Shown here one piece after another: positions 41,413 through 51,514 of a stretch of DNA of 64,000 bases. Location: the NCBI GenBank assembly GCA_963720755.1, contig CAVRGP010000002.1:405858-469857 (forward strand), in the 5' to 3' direction. Position numbers and translations under genes: made by a program. Position 1 is the first letter of the stretch, and the number at the start of each line of letters is the position of its first letter. Origin of the DNA: an uncultured Chloroflexia bacterium (lineage in GTDB: Bacteria; Chloroflexota; Limnocylindria; Limnocylindrales; CSP1-4). Below the pieces are notes generated by a model. The model was not told where the DNA came from, did no database searches, and saw nothing but the letters and a program-made list of their open reading frames with translations.

Positions 41413-42636
41413 TCAGACCGCGGCCGGCAATTCGTCCTCGACGAATCGCGGCCGAACTGCCAGGCAACCGGCGACCGCCTGGATGGCCACCACCCCGCAC
41501 ATCACCAGCAACGGCACCGTCCAGGTGCCCGACAGGTCGAACAGCACCCCGAACCCGAGCGGGCCGGCGGAAGCGATCAGATACCCGCCGCACTGGGTGA
41601 AGGCCGACAGTGAGGTCGTTGCCAGGCCCGTCCGCGCCCGCAGTGCGATCAACGTCAACGCCAACGGGAAGGCACCGGTCCCGACCCCGATCAGGGCGGC
41701 GAACACCCAGACGAACTGACCGGGAATGACGATCAACCCGATGAACGCCGCCAGGTAGCAGCCGGACAGGGCGACCACCAGGATCGCCGGCCGGCGCATC
41801 CGGCCGAGTAGCGGTGGGACCAGCGCGGCCAGCGGGATTCCCACCGTGATGGCGATCGCCACCTGGAAAGCTGCTGCGGTGTCGGTCATCCCGGTGTCGA
41901 CCAGGATTTCGGCCAGCCAACCGAAGACGACGTAGGCGATCATCGACTGGGCACCGAAGTACACCGCCAGGGCCCAGGCCACCCGGGTCCGGGCCAACGT
42001 CCGCAGCGGCAGTCGGCGGCCGGCGGACGGCGCCGGGCCCTTCAGCGGGTCGCGCCGGACCACCAGCAGCCAAGGGACCAGTGCCACCATTGCCGTCGCG
42101 GCCCACATGCCCAGCCCGGTCCGCCAGTCGCCACCGAGGCTGCGTTCGATCGGCAGTGTCAGCCCGGCCGCGGCGGCCCCGCCGATGGTCAACAGGGTGG
42201 TGTAGGCGGCAGTCATCACCGGGATGCGGTCCGGGAAGTGCAGCCGGACCAGTCCGGGCAGCAACACATTGCCCACCGCGATGCCGGCGAGCGCGATCAG
42301 CGAACCGGCGAACAATGCGACGGTGCCCGGCAGAACCGCCCGGATGAGCTGTCCCAGGGCAAGGGCGAACAGGGTCACCACCACGGTGCGGTGCGACCCC
42401 CAACGGGCAGCCAATGCCGGGGCCGTCAGACCCATCACCGCGAAGGCGAACGTGGGCAGGGACAGCAGCAGGCCTGTGGTCGCCGCCGGTAACCCGGTGG
42501 CGTCCCGCAGTTCTGGGATGACGGCGCCCAGCGCGTTCACCACCGGCCGCAGGTTGATCGCCAGCAACAGGACGGCGACCGTGATCAGCGTCCGGGATGG
42601 TGGCCGATCGGGCAGGGGCACAGACGACGATTGCAC
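41413..42636 (-). CDS. MFS transporter, CynX/NimT family
   Basis: AINLRP, GNVLLPGLV, about 12 TM, LSAFTQ..GYLIA..GP. Confidence 0.9.
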   Translation of the reverse strand: MQSSSVPLPDRPPSRTLITVAVLLLAINLRPVVNALGAVIPELRDATGLPAATTGLLLSLPTFAFAVMGLTAPALAARWGSHRTVVVTLFALALGQLIRAVLPGTVALFAGSLIALAGIAVGNVLLPGLVRLHFPDRIPVMTAAYTTLLTIGGAAAAGLTLPIERSLGGDWRTGLGMWAATAMVALVPWLLVVRRDPLKGPAPSAGRRLPLRTLARTRVAWALAVYFGAQSMIAYVVFGWLAEILVDTGMTDTAAAFQVAIAITVGIPLAALVPPLLGRMRRPAILVVALSGCYLAAFIGLIVIPGQFVWVFAALIGVGTGAFPLALTLIALRARTGLATTSLSAFTQCGGYLIASAGPLGFGVLFDLSGTWTVPLLVMCGVVAIQAVAGCLAVRPRFVEDELPAAV

Positions 42637-42732
42637 CTCCGGAGCCTAGGTACCGGTTCGCTGGGCTCCCTCAGCGACTCGTTCGGGCGAAGTCCCCGAC
42701 CGGACCGCGGGCGGGCCGGCGGCCGGCTCCGG

Positions 42733-43362
42733 TCACCAGATGACGGGCAGATCCGCCAGACGTGAGGCAGCGACCGCGAGCGTGCCGAACCCGAGGATGA
42801 GCAGGAATATCCTGGCCGGCGTGAACTGGAACGAGGACGTCACGCCGGCGAAGAACAGGGCGACGGCCAGCAGAATGGTGGTCACCACGTAGGAGTTGGC
42901 AGTCTCGCCGGCCGCCTGGCTGGCCAGTCCGGTCGCCTCGGACTGCGCCGCTGCATCCTTGTAGCCCCCGAACTGCGCGTCCAGATAGGCCTGATCGGAG
43001 AAGAGGCTGGTCGGTGTGCCGCCCGACTGAACCTGTGCTTCCCACGCTTCCAGGGTCGGCAGGAAGTCCGGTCGGATCAGTGTCTTCTTGAAGAATTCCA
43101 GCAACGTCTGGTCGCCCTGACGGTAGATCTCGGCGTACTGCGCGATGATGCTGGCGTCGTAGGACGTCTTCTGGGTGGCCAGCCCGAACAACCTGTTCGC
43201 CTCCACCCGCTGATCCGACGACTCCCGGGCGAGATCGCCCTGTTGACCATTCCATTGCGATGCCTGGTAACCGCACCAGGCGGTGCCGACGGTGGTGATG
43301 CCCAGCAGGAGGACAGCGATCACTTCGAGGAACCGGTTGCTGCCACGAGGCTCCGTGCTCAC
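42733..43362 (-). CDS. Uncharacterised three-TM membrane protein
   Basis: EVIAVLLLGITTVGTAWCGYQASQW, helical extracytoplasmic loop, YVVTTILLAVALFFAGV; GTG overlaps the SPFH stop. Confidence 0.8.
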   Translation of the reverse strand: MSTEPRGSNRFLEVIAVLLLGITTVGTAWCGYQASQWNGQQGDLARESSDQRVEANRLFGLATQKTSYDASIIAQYAEIYRQGDQTLLEFFKKTLIRPDFLPTLEAWEAQVQSGGTPTSLFSDQAYLDAQFGGYKDAAAQSEATGLASQAAGETANSYVVTTILLAVALFFAGVTSSFQFTPARIFLLILGFGTLAVAASRLADLPVIW

Positions 43363-44261
43363 TGCGGGTCCACCGGCCCGATCTGCTGGTCGAGGAAGGC
43401 CCGCTCGACGGCCGCACTTCCAGCCCCGCCGCCGCCCTCCGGCATGCCGGGACCGGCTCGAAGCGCCACCTGCAGCGCCTCCGTCCGCTGGACGAGATCG
43501 CGCCACAGGTCGGTCTCGCGATAGCGCCAGGCTCCGTCACTCGAGCTGGTCATCTGCTGCTGCAGTTCGGCGTCGTTCAGCGCACGGGCCGTGCGGGTGG
43601 CCGCCTCGGCCTGCTCCCGCTCCAACTCGTAGCGGGCCCGCACCGTCGCTTGAATCACCTCGCCGGTCCGGCCGAGGTCGCTGACACCCAACACGAAGGA
43701 CGTCAGCTCGATGCCTTCGGCGGCCAGGGTCGCCGCGACGGAATCCCGGAGCCGGTCCTCGGTCTTCTCCCTGGCCGACCCGAAGAGGCTGTCGATGCCG
43801 ATATCCGGGGACCCCAGGGTGGTGATGACCGCCCGGGTGCACTCGTCACGGACGATGCCGAAGATGCCCTTCGGGCCGAATCTCTCGTGCACCAGCCGGA
43901 GCTGCTCGGGGACCAGCCGGAACCGCACCGTCAGCGAGATTTCCGCTGTTGTGCGGTCGCCCAGCGTCACCTGCAACGCCGGGCCGGATTCGTTGAGCTC
44001 CTTCTTCCCCTGATCGTCGGCGCCACCGGCCCGGTAGGCCAGCTCGACGGACGGGTACTCCTCGACCATCTTCCGGCGCAGAGCCGGCACGAAATGCGGG
44101 CCGGGCAGCAGAGTGGTGTCGGTCGCGGCGCCCTTCACCATGAGCAGGCCGAGGCTGCCCGAAGGCACCCTGACGAAGGATGCCGCCAGCAGCAGCCACA
44201 CCAGCAGACCGACGATGGGCAGCACGAAAACCAGAATGATGATCCAGCCGATGACGCTCAT
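43359..44261 (-). CDS. SPFH/band-7 domain protein
   Basis: N-terminal TM, FVRVPSG.LGL, LLPGPHF, LTVRFRL, ER.G, REK.EDRLRD, coiled-coil tail. Confidence 0.82.
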   Translation of the reverse strand: MSVIGWIIILVFVLPIVGLLVWLLLAASFVRVPSGSLGLLMVKGAATDTTLLPGPHFVPALRRKMVEEYPSVELAYRAGGADDQGKKELNESGPALQVTLGDRTTAEISLTVRFRLVPEQLRLVHERFGPKGIFGIVRDECTRAVITTLGSPDIGIDSLFGSAREKTEDRLRDSVAATLAAEGIELTSFVLGVSDLGRTGEVIQATVRARYELEREQAEAATRTARALNDAELQQQMTSSSDGAWRYRETDLWRDLVQRTEALQVALRAGPGMPEGGGGAGSAAVERAFLDQQIGPVDPQ

Positions 44262-44425
44262 TGGACGCTCGCTTCCCCGCGGTCGCCGGCGCCCATGGAC
44301 GGCCTGCGATGCTCATTCGACCTCATTCTCACCGCGAGGAGTATTCGGCACGGTCGATGGTGCCGCATCACCCAGCTTGTGCGGGTTGCCCCGGTCGTGG
44401 ACCCGGCCGGGCTCGCGCCGCGAGG

Positions 44426-45253
44426 TCAGCCGCCCAATCGGCGGTAGGCACGGACCGCCAGCGGCGCGAAGACCGCGGTGATCACGATCGGCCAGGCCAC
44501 GGCCAGCAGGATCGCGTGCTCGGACAGCCAACTGCCCTCGTTCCACCCCGGGTTGCCGAACAGCTCCCGGGTGGCCGCTGCCGTTGCCGACAGCGGGTTC
44601 ACCGACGCGATCCCGCCGAGCCAGCCGGGCATCGTCGACGGATCCACGAACAGGTTGGACAACATGCTGATCGGCCAGACCAGAATCTGCACGGCGGCAA
44701 CGGATTCCGGCCCACGTGCCGTCAGCCCGATGAAGATCCCGACCCAGAGCAGGGCGAATCGCAGCATCATCAGCAGCCCGAATGCGGCCGCGGCTGCGGG
44801 GAGGCCGGTGTCGGTGCGCCAACCCAGGAGCAGTCCGGCGACCACCAGAATCGTCAACCCGATTGCGCTGTAGATCATGTCGGCCATGCATCTGCCGAGG
44901 ACGACGGCCGCAGAGCTGATCGGTAGCGACCGGAAGCGATCCGTCACGCCCTTGGCTGCGTCGGCGTTGACCGCCGTCATCGTCGATTCCAGGCCGAACA
45001 GCATGGCCATGGTGAAGATGCCGGGCATGAGATACAGGTAATAGCTATCGGTGTCGGTCGGACCAACGATCGCACCGCCGAACAGCGCGCCGAACATCAC
45101 CGTGACGAGCACCGGGAACAGCAGGCCGACCACCAGCGCGCCGGGTTGCGCCCGCCAGTGCCAGAACTGCCGCCGGGTCAACAGCCAGGCATCGCCGACA
45201 GCCGTACCGGTGCCGCGGTCGGTCACCGGTCCGTCGGAGCTTGTCGTTGTCAT
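44426..45253 (-). CDS. ABC-2 exporter permease (DrrB-like)
   Basis: YLMPGIF, GVTDRFRSLPIS, SNLFVDP.TMPGWL...NPLS; six TM. Confidence 0.9.
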   Translation of the reverse strand: MTTTSSDGPVTDRGTGTAVGDAWLLTRRQFWHWRAQPGALVVGLLFPVLVTVMFGALFGGAIVGPTDTDSYYLYLMPGIFTMAMLFGLESTMTAVNADAAKGVTDRFRSLPISSAAVVLGRCMADMIYSAIGLTILVVAGLLLGWRTDTGLPAAAAAFGLLMMLRFALLWVGIFIGLTARGPESVAAVQILVWPISMLSNLFVDPSTMPGWLGGIASVNPLSATAAATRELFGNPGWNEGSWLSEHAILLAVAWPIVITAVFAPLAVRAYRRLGG

Positions 45254-46263
45254 CGGTGTGCCCCTTCGGTGGTGGCCGCGGATACCGAGTCGGTGTGGTC
45301 ACTCCGGCCGGTGAGGTGCAGAAAGACCTCGTCAAGAGTGGGTCGGCGGACGGTGATGTCCAGCGGTTCGAGCTCTGCGCCGGCCAACGCGGCGGACAGC
45401 GCCACCAGGGCGCGGGTCCGGTCGGCGACCGGAATGCTGACCCGGGCGGCGTCCTCGTCGACCCGCAACCCTCCCGCCGCCAGCGGCAGGGCGAGCTCGC
45501 GGAGCCGAGGGAGCTGGCCGGGGTCGGCGAGGCTGACGTCCAGCCAGTCGCCGCCGATGGTTGACTTGAGCTCATCCGGGGTGCCGCGGGCGACCACCCT
45601 GCCCGCCATCAGCAGGGTGATCCGGTCGGCGAGCTGGTCGGCCTCCTCCAGGTACTGGGTGGTGAGCAGCACCGTCGTGCCGCCGCTGACCAATTCCGCA
45701 ATGGCGGACCAGACCTCGCGCCGCCCCTGCGGATCCAGGCCGGTGGTGGGTTCGTCGACGAACAGCACCGCGGGCGCGACGACCAACGCGGCCGCCAGGT
45801 CGAGCCGCCGGCGCATCCCGCCGGACAAGCTCCCAACCTTCCGGTCGGCGGCGTCGCTCAGTGAGAACCGTTGCAGGAGAGCGTCTGCGCGGCTTTCGGC
45901 GGCCGCCGCATGGAGATGGTTGAGCCGACCGATCAGCAGCAGATTCTGCCGGCCGGTGAGGACATCGTCGACGGCGGCCGACTGCCCGACCAGCCCGATG
46001 TGCCGGCGGACCTCCCGGCCCTGGGTGCGGACGTCGAAACCTGCGACCCGGGCAACCCCCGAATCCGGCCGCAGCAGGGTGGTCAGGATCCGGACCGCGG
46101 TGGTCTTGCCGGCCCCGTTCGGCCCGAGCAGTCCGTGCACGGTGCCCGCGGGAACCTCCAGATCGATCCCGTTCAGGCCGGTGCCGTCGGGGGAGTGTCG
46201 GTACTGCTTGTGCAGCGCTTGGACGTCGATGACGGGTTCTGACAGGGGAGTCAGTGATGGCAC
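45250..46263 (-). CDS. ABC exporter ATP-binding protein (DrrA-like)
   Basis: GPNGAGKT, LSGGMRRRLDLA, VDEPTTGLDP, TTQYLEEAD, PTLDEVFL. Confidence 0.93.
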   Translation of the reverse strand: MPSLTPLSEPVIDVQALHKQYRHSPDGTGLNGIDLEVPAGTVHGLLGPNGAGKTTAVRILTTLLRPDSGVARVAGFDVRTQGREVRRHIGLVGQSAAVDDVLTGRQNLLLIGRLNHLHAAAAESRADALLQRFSLSDAADRKVGSLSGGMRRRLDLAAALVVAPAVLFVDEPTTGLDPQGRREVWSAIAELVSGGTTVLLTTQYLEEADQLADRITLLMAGRVVARGTPDELKSTIGGDWLDVSLADPGQLPRLRELALPLAAGGLRVDEDAARVSIPVADRTRALVALSAALAGAELEPLDITVRRPTLDEVFLHLTGRSDHTDSVSAATTEGAHR

Positions 46264-46291
46264 GGGGACCTCTTTCGGTGTGCGCGGCAAG

Positions 46292-46322
46292 GTAGCGTAC
46301 GACGTACGGTACAGCGTACGGT
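46292..46322. promoter_or_regulatory. Probable TetR operator (repeated CGTAC/GTAC palindromes)
   Basis: gtagCGTACGaCGTACGgtacagCGTACGgt between divergent ABC and TetR genes. Confidence 0.65.
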
Positions 46323-46356
46323 TCGATTGAACGCGGGTGGGCCGGAGAATGTTCCC

Positions 46357-47178
46357 GTGAGCGCGACCGAGATCCCCCCGCCCGCGGGGGAGCAGACGCC
46401 GGCCAGGTCCGTGCGTCGGGCGGCCAAGCGGGTGGACAACCCGGCCGCGAGCCTTGCGCTGCTCTGGGGGCCGCAGGACCGGCCGGGTCGATCCGGGCTC
46501 ACTGTCCGGGCCATCATCGACACGGCGATTGCGCTGGCCGACTCCGACGGCATCGACGCCCTGTCCATGCGCGCCGTCGCCGAGCGGTTGGGCGTCGGTG
46601 CGATGTCGCTGTACACCTACATCCCGGCAAAGCCGGTGCTGATCGAGCTGATGATCGACACCGTCTGCGGCCAGGTGTACTCCGGCATGACCGAACCGCA
46701 ATCCCAGCCCGGAGACTGGCGGGCTGCGCTGCAGTTCATCGCGCGGCGGAACTGGGACACCTATCTGCGCCACCCGTGGCTGCTGCGGGTGCTCGGTGGC
46801 CGGCCGGTGCTCGGGCCGCACCTCAATCGCAAGTACGAGGCCGAACTGCGCCCGCTGGACGGGATCGGTCTCACCGACCTGCAGATGGACAGCGTCCTGA
46901 CCCTGGTGCTGACCCACGCCGAGGGGATGGCCCGCTGGCAGGTGGGGCTGACCGCGGTCCGCGAGCAGAGCGGCGATTCCGACCTCGACTGGTGGACAAA
47001 CCTGGAACCCGCGCTGGCCGCGTTGATGGATCCGGCCGGCTTTCCGCTCGCCTCCCGGGTCGGACAGGCAGCCGGCCAGCACCACCAGAGCGCCGGCGAG
47101 CCGGTCCATGAGTTCGAGTTCGGGCTCCGGCTGATCCTGGATGGGGTCGCCGACCTGATTGGCCGGCGCGGACGGTAA
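46357..47178 (+). CDS. TetR/AcrR family regulator (TetR_C type)
   Basis: AIALADSDGIDALSMRAVAERLGVGAMSLYTYIPAK; FEFGL.LILDG. Confidence 0.93.
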   Translation: MSATEIPPPAGEQTPARSVRRAAKRVDNPAASLALLWGPQDRPGRSGLTVRAIIDTAIALADSDGIDALSMRAVAERLGVGAMSLYTYIPAKPVLIELMIDTVCGQVYSGMTEPQSQPGDWRAALQFIARRNWDTYLRHPWLLRVLGGRPVLGPHLNRKYEAELRPLDGIGLTDLQMDSVLTLVLTHAEGMARWQVGLTAVREQSGDSDLDWWTNLEPALAALMDPAGFPLASRVGQAAGQHHQSAGEPVHEFEFGLRLILDGVADLIGRRGR

Positions 47179-47369
47179 GTCGGCCCGGCCCGGCCCGGCC
47201 CGTCCCGGAACCGGACTTGGACCGGCCCGTCGACTGCACCGCAGTGGACCGGATGGGATGCTGCCGCGATCGATAACAGTGCAATCGGCGGAACGGCGGC
47301 CAGGTGCGGCTCGGTTCTCGAGCCGGGTCCGGGCGGCCACCCGATGACGGGCGTGGCACCCTGATCGCC

Positions 47370-48182
47370 ATGACGACGATCGCCATTCTCGGTGCGGGCA
47401 AGATCGGTGAGGCCCTGCTGGCCGGGCTGCTGTCGGCGGGCCGCGCGCCGGATTCGCTGATGTTCACCGAGCGCTACCCCGACCGGGTCGCGGAGCTGAC
47501 TGAGCGGTACGGCGTCATCGGGGTGCAGACCGATGTGGCGGCCAAGCTCGCCGACGTGCTGATCGTCGCCGTCAAACCGCAGGACATCGAACCGCTGCTG
47601 GTGTCACTAGCCGGCGCGATCACCCCCGGCACCCTGGTGGTTTCCCTCTGCGCGGGACTGCCGACCTCGCTGTACGAGCGTCACCTGCCGGCCGGTACGC
47701 CGGTCGTCCGGGTGATGCCGAACACGCCGATGCTGGTCGGGGAGGCGATGAGCGCGATCTCCGCGGGTTCGCACGCTGAACCCGCCCATCTGCAGCTGGT
47801 GGAGGATCTGCTGTCCACTGTCGGCAAGGTGGTCCGGGTGCCGGAGTCCCAGCAGGACGCCGTCACCGCCCTTTCCGGATCCGGTCCGGCGTACTTCTTC
47901 TTCCTGGTCGAGGCGATGATCGACGCGGGGATCTTGCTAGGCCTGCCGCGCGCGGTGTCGGCCGACCTGATCATCCAGTCCGCCGTCGGCTCGGCCAAGA
48001 TGCTGCGGGATTCCGGGGAGCACCCGACGCTGCTCCGCGAGGCCGTGACCTCACCGGGTGGCACCACCATCGCCGCCATCCGCGAGCTGGAGAACCACGG
48101 CGTCCGGGCCGCGCTGCTGTCGGCGATCGAGGCCGCCGCGATCCGCTCCGCCGAGCTCGGTCGGGCGCACGACGGGCACTGA
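47370..48182 (+). CDS. proC: Pyrroline-5-carboxylate reductase
   Basis: ILGAGKIGE, AVKPQD, RVMPNTP, ALSGSGPAY, VTSPGGTT. Confidence 0.97.
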   Translation: MTTIAILGAGKIGEALLAGLLSAGRAPDSLMFTERYPDRVAELTERYGVIGVQTDVAAKLADVLIVAVKPQDIEPLLVSLAGAITPGTLVVSLCAGLPTSLYERHLPAGTPVVRVMPNTPMLVGEAMSAISAGSHAEPAHLQLVEDLLSTVGKVVRVPESQQDAVTALSGSGPAYFFFLVEAMIDAGILLGLPRAVSADLIIQSAVGSAKMLRDSGEHPTLLREAVTSPGGTTIAAIRELENHGVRAALLSAIEAAAIRSAELGRAHDGH

Positions 48183-48258
48183 GACGAGGCGGAGCGAGCC
48201 GGGAGTCGTGCAGTGAGTTGACCCGCACGAAAGAAATCTTTGAGAAAAGTCGACCGGA

Positions 48259-48285
48259 TGTCGAAATGCGCCGACCGCCCACGTC
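48259..48285 (+). promoter_or_regulatory. Candidate ECF42-type promoter
   Basis: TGTCGA-N17-CGTC upstream of the SRPBCC-YciI-ECF operon; fits the recalled ECF42 consensus (-35 TGTCGA, -10 CG[A/T]C). Confidence 0.55.
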
Positions 48286-48351
48286 TGCGGGGTGTCGCCA
48301 CCACCGTCGACAACCACCGCCGGCAGCACCGGCCCGCTCAGGAGGTTCGAC

Positions 48352-48861
48352 ATGACCACCGCCACCACCCCCGTCGCGACAGCGCCCAGCCACCCGGCGA
48401 GCGACGCACCCGACACCACCCAGAAGCTGCAGTTCGCCATCAAGGCCACCCCCGAACAGGTGTGGCAGGCGCTCACGGACGGCGCGATCACCCCCGCCTA
48501 CTACGTCGGCTTCCGGGCCGAGTACGACCTGACGCCGGGCGCCGGCTACCGCTACACGGCAGGCGGCGGCGACGTCATCACCGGAACCGTGCTGGCGGTC
48601 GACCCGGGCCGGCGACTGCAGACCACCTTCAACGGCTACTGGGATCCGTCGATCGCCGCGCTCCCGGAGTCCACCGTCACCTTCAGCATTTCCGAACCGT
48701 TCATGCCGATGCCCGGCGTGACGATCCTGTCCTGCGTGCACGAGGGACTGCCGGACACCCAGGCCGCCGCCGGTCTGGAGATGGGCTGGGTGACCATCCT
48801 GTCCGGGCTCAAGACGCTGCTGGAAACCGGGGCTCCGATGGTCGGCGGCCCGCACACTTGA
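48352..48861 (+). CDS. SRPBCC/AHSA1-like ligand-binding domain protein
   Basis: IKATPEQVWQALTD, G.VL.VDP.RRL..TF, ESTVTF, GW..ILSGLKTLLETG; AGGAGG RBS. Confidence 0.88.
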   Translation: MTTATTPVATAPSHPASDAPDTTQKLQFAIKATPEQVWQALTDGAITPAYYVGFRAEYDLTPGAGYRYTAGGGDVITGTVLAVDPGRRLQTTFNGYWDPSIAALPESTVTFSISEPFMPMPGVTILSCVHEGLPDTQAAAGLEMGWVTILSGLKTLLETGAPMVGGPHT

Positions 48862-48915
48862 GTCGTAGCGGCCGGAGAGCCATCGGGCCGCAACACGTCG
48901 AAGGGACGATCTGAC

Positions 48916-49272
48916 GTGCAGTACATGATCCTGGCGCTGGAGGACCCGGCCGCCTTTGCCGCACGCGAGGGTGACGGGTCGACCGAGTACTGGTCGGCAT
49001 GGTCGGGTTACCTGCAGGCGCTGACCGAGAGCGGCATCCTGACCTCGGCCGGCGGACTGCGCCCGCCGCACACCTCGACCACGCTGCGGCTGCGGGACGG
49101 TCGACGGCTCCTGCAGGACGGGCCGTTCGCCGATACCAAGGAGCAGCTCGGCGGCTACTTCGTCATCGACGTCGCCGACCTGGACGAGGCGCTGGTCTGG
49201 GCGGAGCGGTGTCCCTGCGCGGCGGACGGTGCGGTCGAGGTCCGGCCCCTGCTGCCGCCGATGGCCGGGTGA
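48916..49272 (+). CDS. YciI/DGPF family protein
   Basis: QDGPFADTKEQLGGYFVIDVADLDEAL.WA, VEVRP. Confidence 0.92.
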   Translation: MQYMILALEDPAAFAAREGDGSTEYWSAWSGYLQALTESGILTSAGGLRPPHTSTTLRLRDGRRLLQDGPFADTKEQLGGYFVIDVADLDEALVWAERCPCAADGAVEVRPLLPPMAG

Positions 49273-50537
49273 CCACCGGTTCCACGGACGCAGCGCGGCA
49301 GGCGGTCCAGGACATCGCGCAAATGTCCTACGGCCGCCTCGTCGCCTACCTGGCGTCGGTGACCGGTGACGTGGCCGCCGCCGAGGACGCGTTGTCGGAC
49401 GCGTTCCTGGCGGCGCTACGCACCTGGCCCGAGCGGGGGGTGCCGCAGCGGCCGGATTCCTGGCTCGTGACTGCCGCCCGCCGGCGGATGATCGACGCAG
49501 CCCGGCGACGGGCGGTGGCCGACCGGGGGTTGCCCGAGATCGCCCGACTGCTGGACGAACGGGCGGCCGCACCGGCCCTGGAGGTCATCCCGGACAAGCG
49601 GCTGGAGTTGATGTTCGCGTGCACCCACCCGGCCATCGACCGGGCCATGCGATCGCCGTTGATGCTGCAGACGGTGCTCGGTCTGGACGCGGCCCGGATC
49701 GCGGCTGCGTTCCTGGTGGCGCCGGCCACCATGGGCCAGCGACTGGTCCGGGTCAAGGCCAAAATCAAGGAAGCGGGGGTACCGATGCGGGTCCCCGCCG
49801 CGGCGGAGTTGCCGGAGCGGGTCGAGTCGGTGTTGGACGCCGTCTACGCCGCCTACAGCACGGGATGGGACGACCTCGACGCGGAAGCCCCGGCGGGTAT
49901 CGACGCGCCCGGTGGGTTGGTCCCGGAGGCGATCCGGTTGGCTCGGCTGCTCACCGAACTGCTGCCGGACGATCCGGAGACCCACGGATTGCTGGCACTG
50001 GTCCTGCACAGCAACGCCCGGGCAGCGGCCCGGCGGGCGGCCGACGGGTCGTTCGTGCCGCTGGACGAACAGGACATCAGCTTGTGGGTCCGGGGCCAGA
50101 TCCAGGACGCCGAGACGCACCTCGGCGCTGCGCTGCGGCTGAAGCAGTCGCAAAGCGGTTGGCGCATCGGTCCTTATCAGTTACATGCGGCCATCCAGTC
50201 GGTGCACAACCGCCGGGCCGCGACCGGGCGGACCGACTGGGCAGCCATCGCCGCGCTCTACGACGGTCTGGTCGCGCTGACACCGACCGTCGGCGCTGTC
50301 GTCGCGCTGGCCAAGGCGCGCAGTCACACGGACGGACCCGGCGCCGGCCTGGCCCTGCTGGCCGAACTGCCCGCCGAGCGGATCGCCGGATACCAGCCCT
50401 ACTGGGTGGTCCGGGCCCACTGCCTCCGGTTGGCCCGCGACCAGGGGGCGACCGACGCGGCCCGGCGGGCCATCGAACTGACCGCCGACGACGGTGTCCG
50501 GCGGCACCTGCAGGTGCAGTACGGCGTGGTCGGTTGA
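49269..50537 (+). CDS. ECF sigma-70 factor with long C-terminal extension (ECF42-like)
   Basis: AEDALSDAF, WP.RGVP.RP.SWL...ARRR.ID, DKRL.LMF.C.HPA, FLV..ATMGQRLVR.K, GPYQL.AAI, TDW.AI.ALY. Confidence 0.9.
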   Translation: MTTGSTDAARQAVQDIAQMSYGRLVAYLASVTGDVAAAEDALSDAFLAALRTWPERGVPQRPDSWLVTAARRRMIDAARRRAVADRGLPEIARLLDERAAAPALEVIPDKRLELMFACTHPAIDRAMRSPLMLQTVLGLDAARIAAAFLVAPATMGQRLVRVKAKIKEAGVPMRVPAAAELPERVESVLDAVYAAYSTGWDDLDAEAPAGIDAPGGLVPEAIRLARLLTELLPDDPETHGLLALVLHSNARAAARRAADGSFVPLDEQDISLWVRGQIQDAETHLGAALRLKQSQSGWRIGPYQLHAAIQSVHNRRAATGRTDWAAIAALYDGLVALTPTVGAVVALAKARSHTDGPGAGLALLAELPAERIAGYQPYWVVRAHCLRLARDQGATDAARRAIELTADDGVRRHLQVQYGVVG

Positions 50538-50818
50538 GCCGCGGCGTCACGGGCGGTTCCGCGGGCGGTGGGTGGTCGCTTCTTCGCACGGGTGACTCAC
50601 AGCAATGTCATTCGCCGTCGCCGACGCTCGGCCGGAGGTGAATTCCAGCGCGCGGGATACCCGGAACGGTGAAGTGCCGCCAGCAGCCCCGCTGCCTGCG
50701 CAAACTCTGCGTCGCGCCGGTCCCATCAGTCACGCTAGAGTTCAACAAGCACGTACGTATGGTGTCCACCAGGTGGGGAAGCCCGGCGGCGCGAAACGTG
50801 CCGGAAGACGGTGCCCTG

Positions 50819-51055
50819 ATGCCCGCTCGTGACGAACGACCCCCCGGGGGGACCCCTCCTCGGGATCCGGTCCTGGCCGAAATGCGGTTCCTGACCGTGG
50901 CCGAGGTTGCCCTGCTGATGCGGGTCTCCCGGATGACGGTGTACCGGTTGGTGCACTCCGGGGAACTGCCCGCGGTCCGGGTCGGCCGCTCCTTCCGCGT
51001 CCCCGAGCGGGCCGTCCACGATTACCTGCGAACGGCCTTCAACGACGTCGGTTGA
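50819..51055 (+). CDS. Excisionase-like HTH DNA-binding protein (Rv0500A-like)
   Basis: FLTVAEVALLMRVSRMTVYRLVHSGELPAVRVGRSFRVPE. Confidence 0.92.
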   Translation: MPARDERPPGGTPPRDPVLAEMRFLTVAEVALLMRVSRMTVYRLVHSGELPAVRVGRSFRVPERAVHDYLRTAFNDVG

Positions 51056-51299
51056 TATCCCGTCGGATCGTCGGCCCCGACGACCCGGCGCGGACGGTGT
51101 ACGTGGGCCGGCCGACCGCGAGTCGGTCCACCGCCGCGGTCGCTGTTCCGCGGAGCTGCACCCTTGGTGCTGCCGGTAGGATGGCGCGGTCCGGCAATCC
51201 GTCGGGCCGGCGGATCGTGTCGATTCCGTCCTCGAGATCACCAGGCGCCGATGCGGGTCAACCGCTGCGGCGGCCTCCACACTTGGAGAGATCACCTTC

Positions 51300-51401
51300 A
51301 TGGGTTCTGTCATCAAGAAGCGTCGCAAGCGGATGGCCAAGAAGAAGCACCGCAAGTTGCTGCGCAAGACCCGGGTGGCCCGTCGCAAGGCCGGCAAGTA
51401 A
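51300..51401 (+). CDS. 30S ribosomal protein bS22 (33 aa; absent from the ORF track)
   Basis: Hand translation [33 protein letters not shown]; syntenic with Rv0500A and epimerase. Confidence 0.95.
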   Translation: MGSVIKKRRKRMAKKKHRKLLRKTRVARRKAGK

Positions 51402-51514
51402 GTCTGCCCGTCGGTCAATTCTGTGGCAGCGCCCGTGACGATGTCGCGGGCGGCACGGATCCATCGGTGACGGGCAGTAGCAGGCAGCGGGGCGACGAGC
51501 GGCGGGGAGAACAA

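Noticed and set aside
50819-51055. Prophage or ICE excisionase
   Set aside because: It is the conserved chromosomal Rv0500A-type gene in its usual proC-bS22-epimerase context; no integrase or att site.
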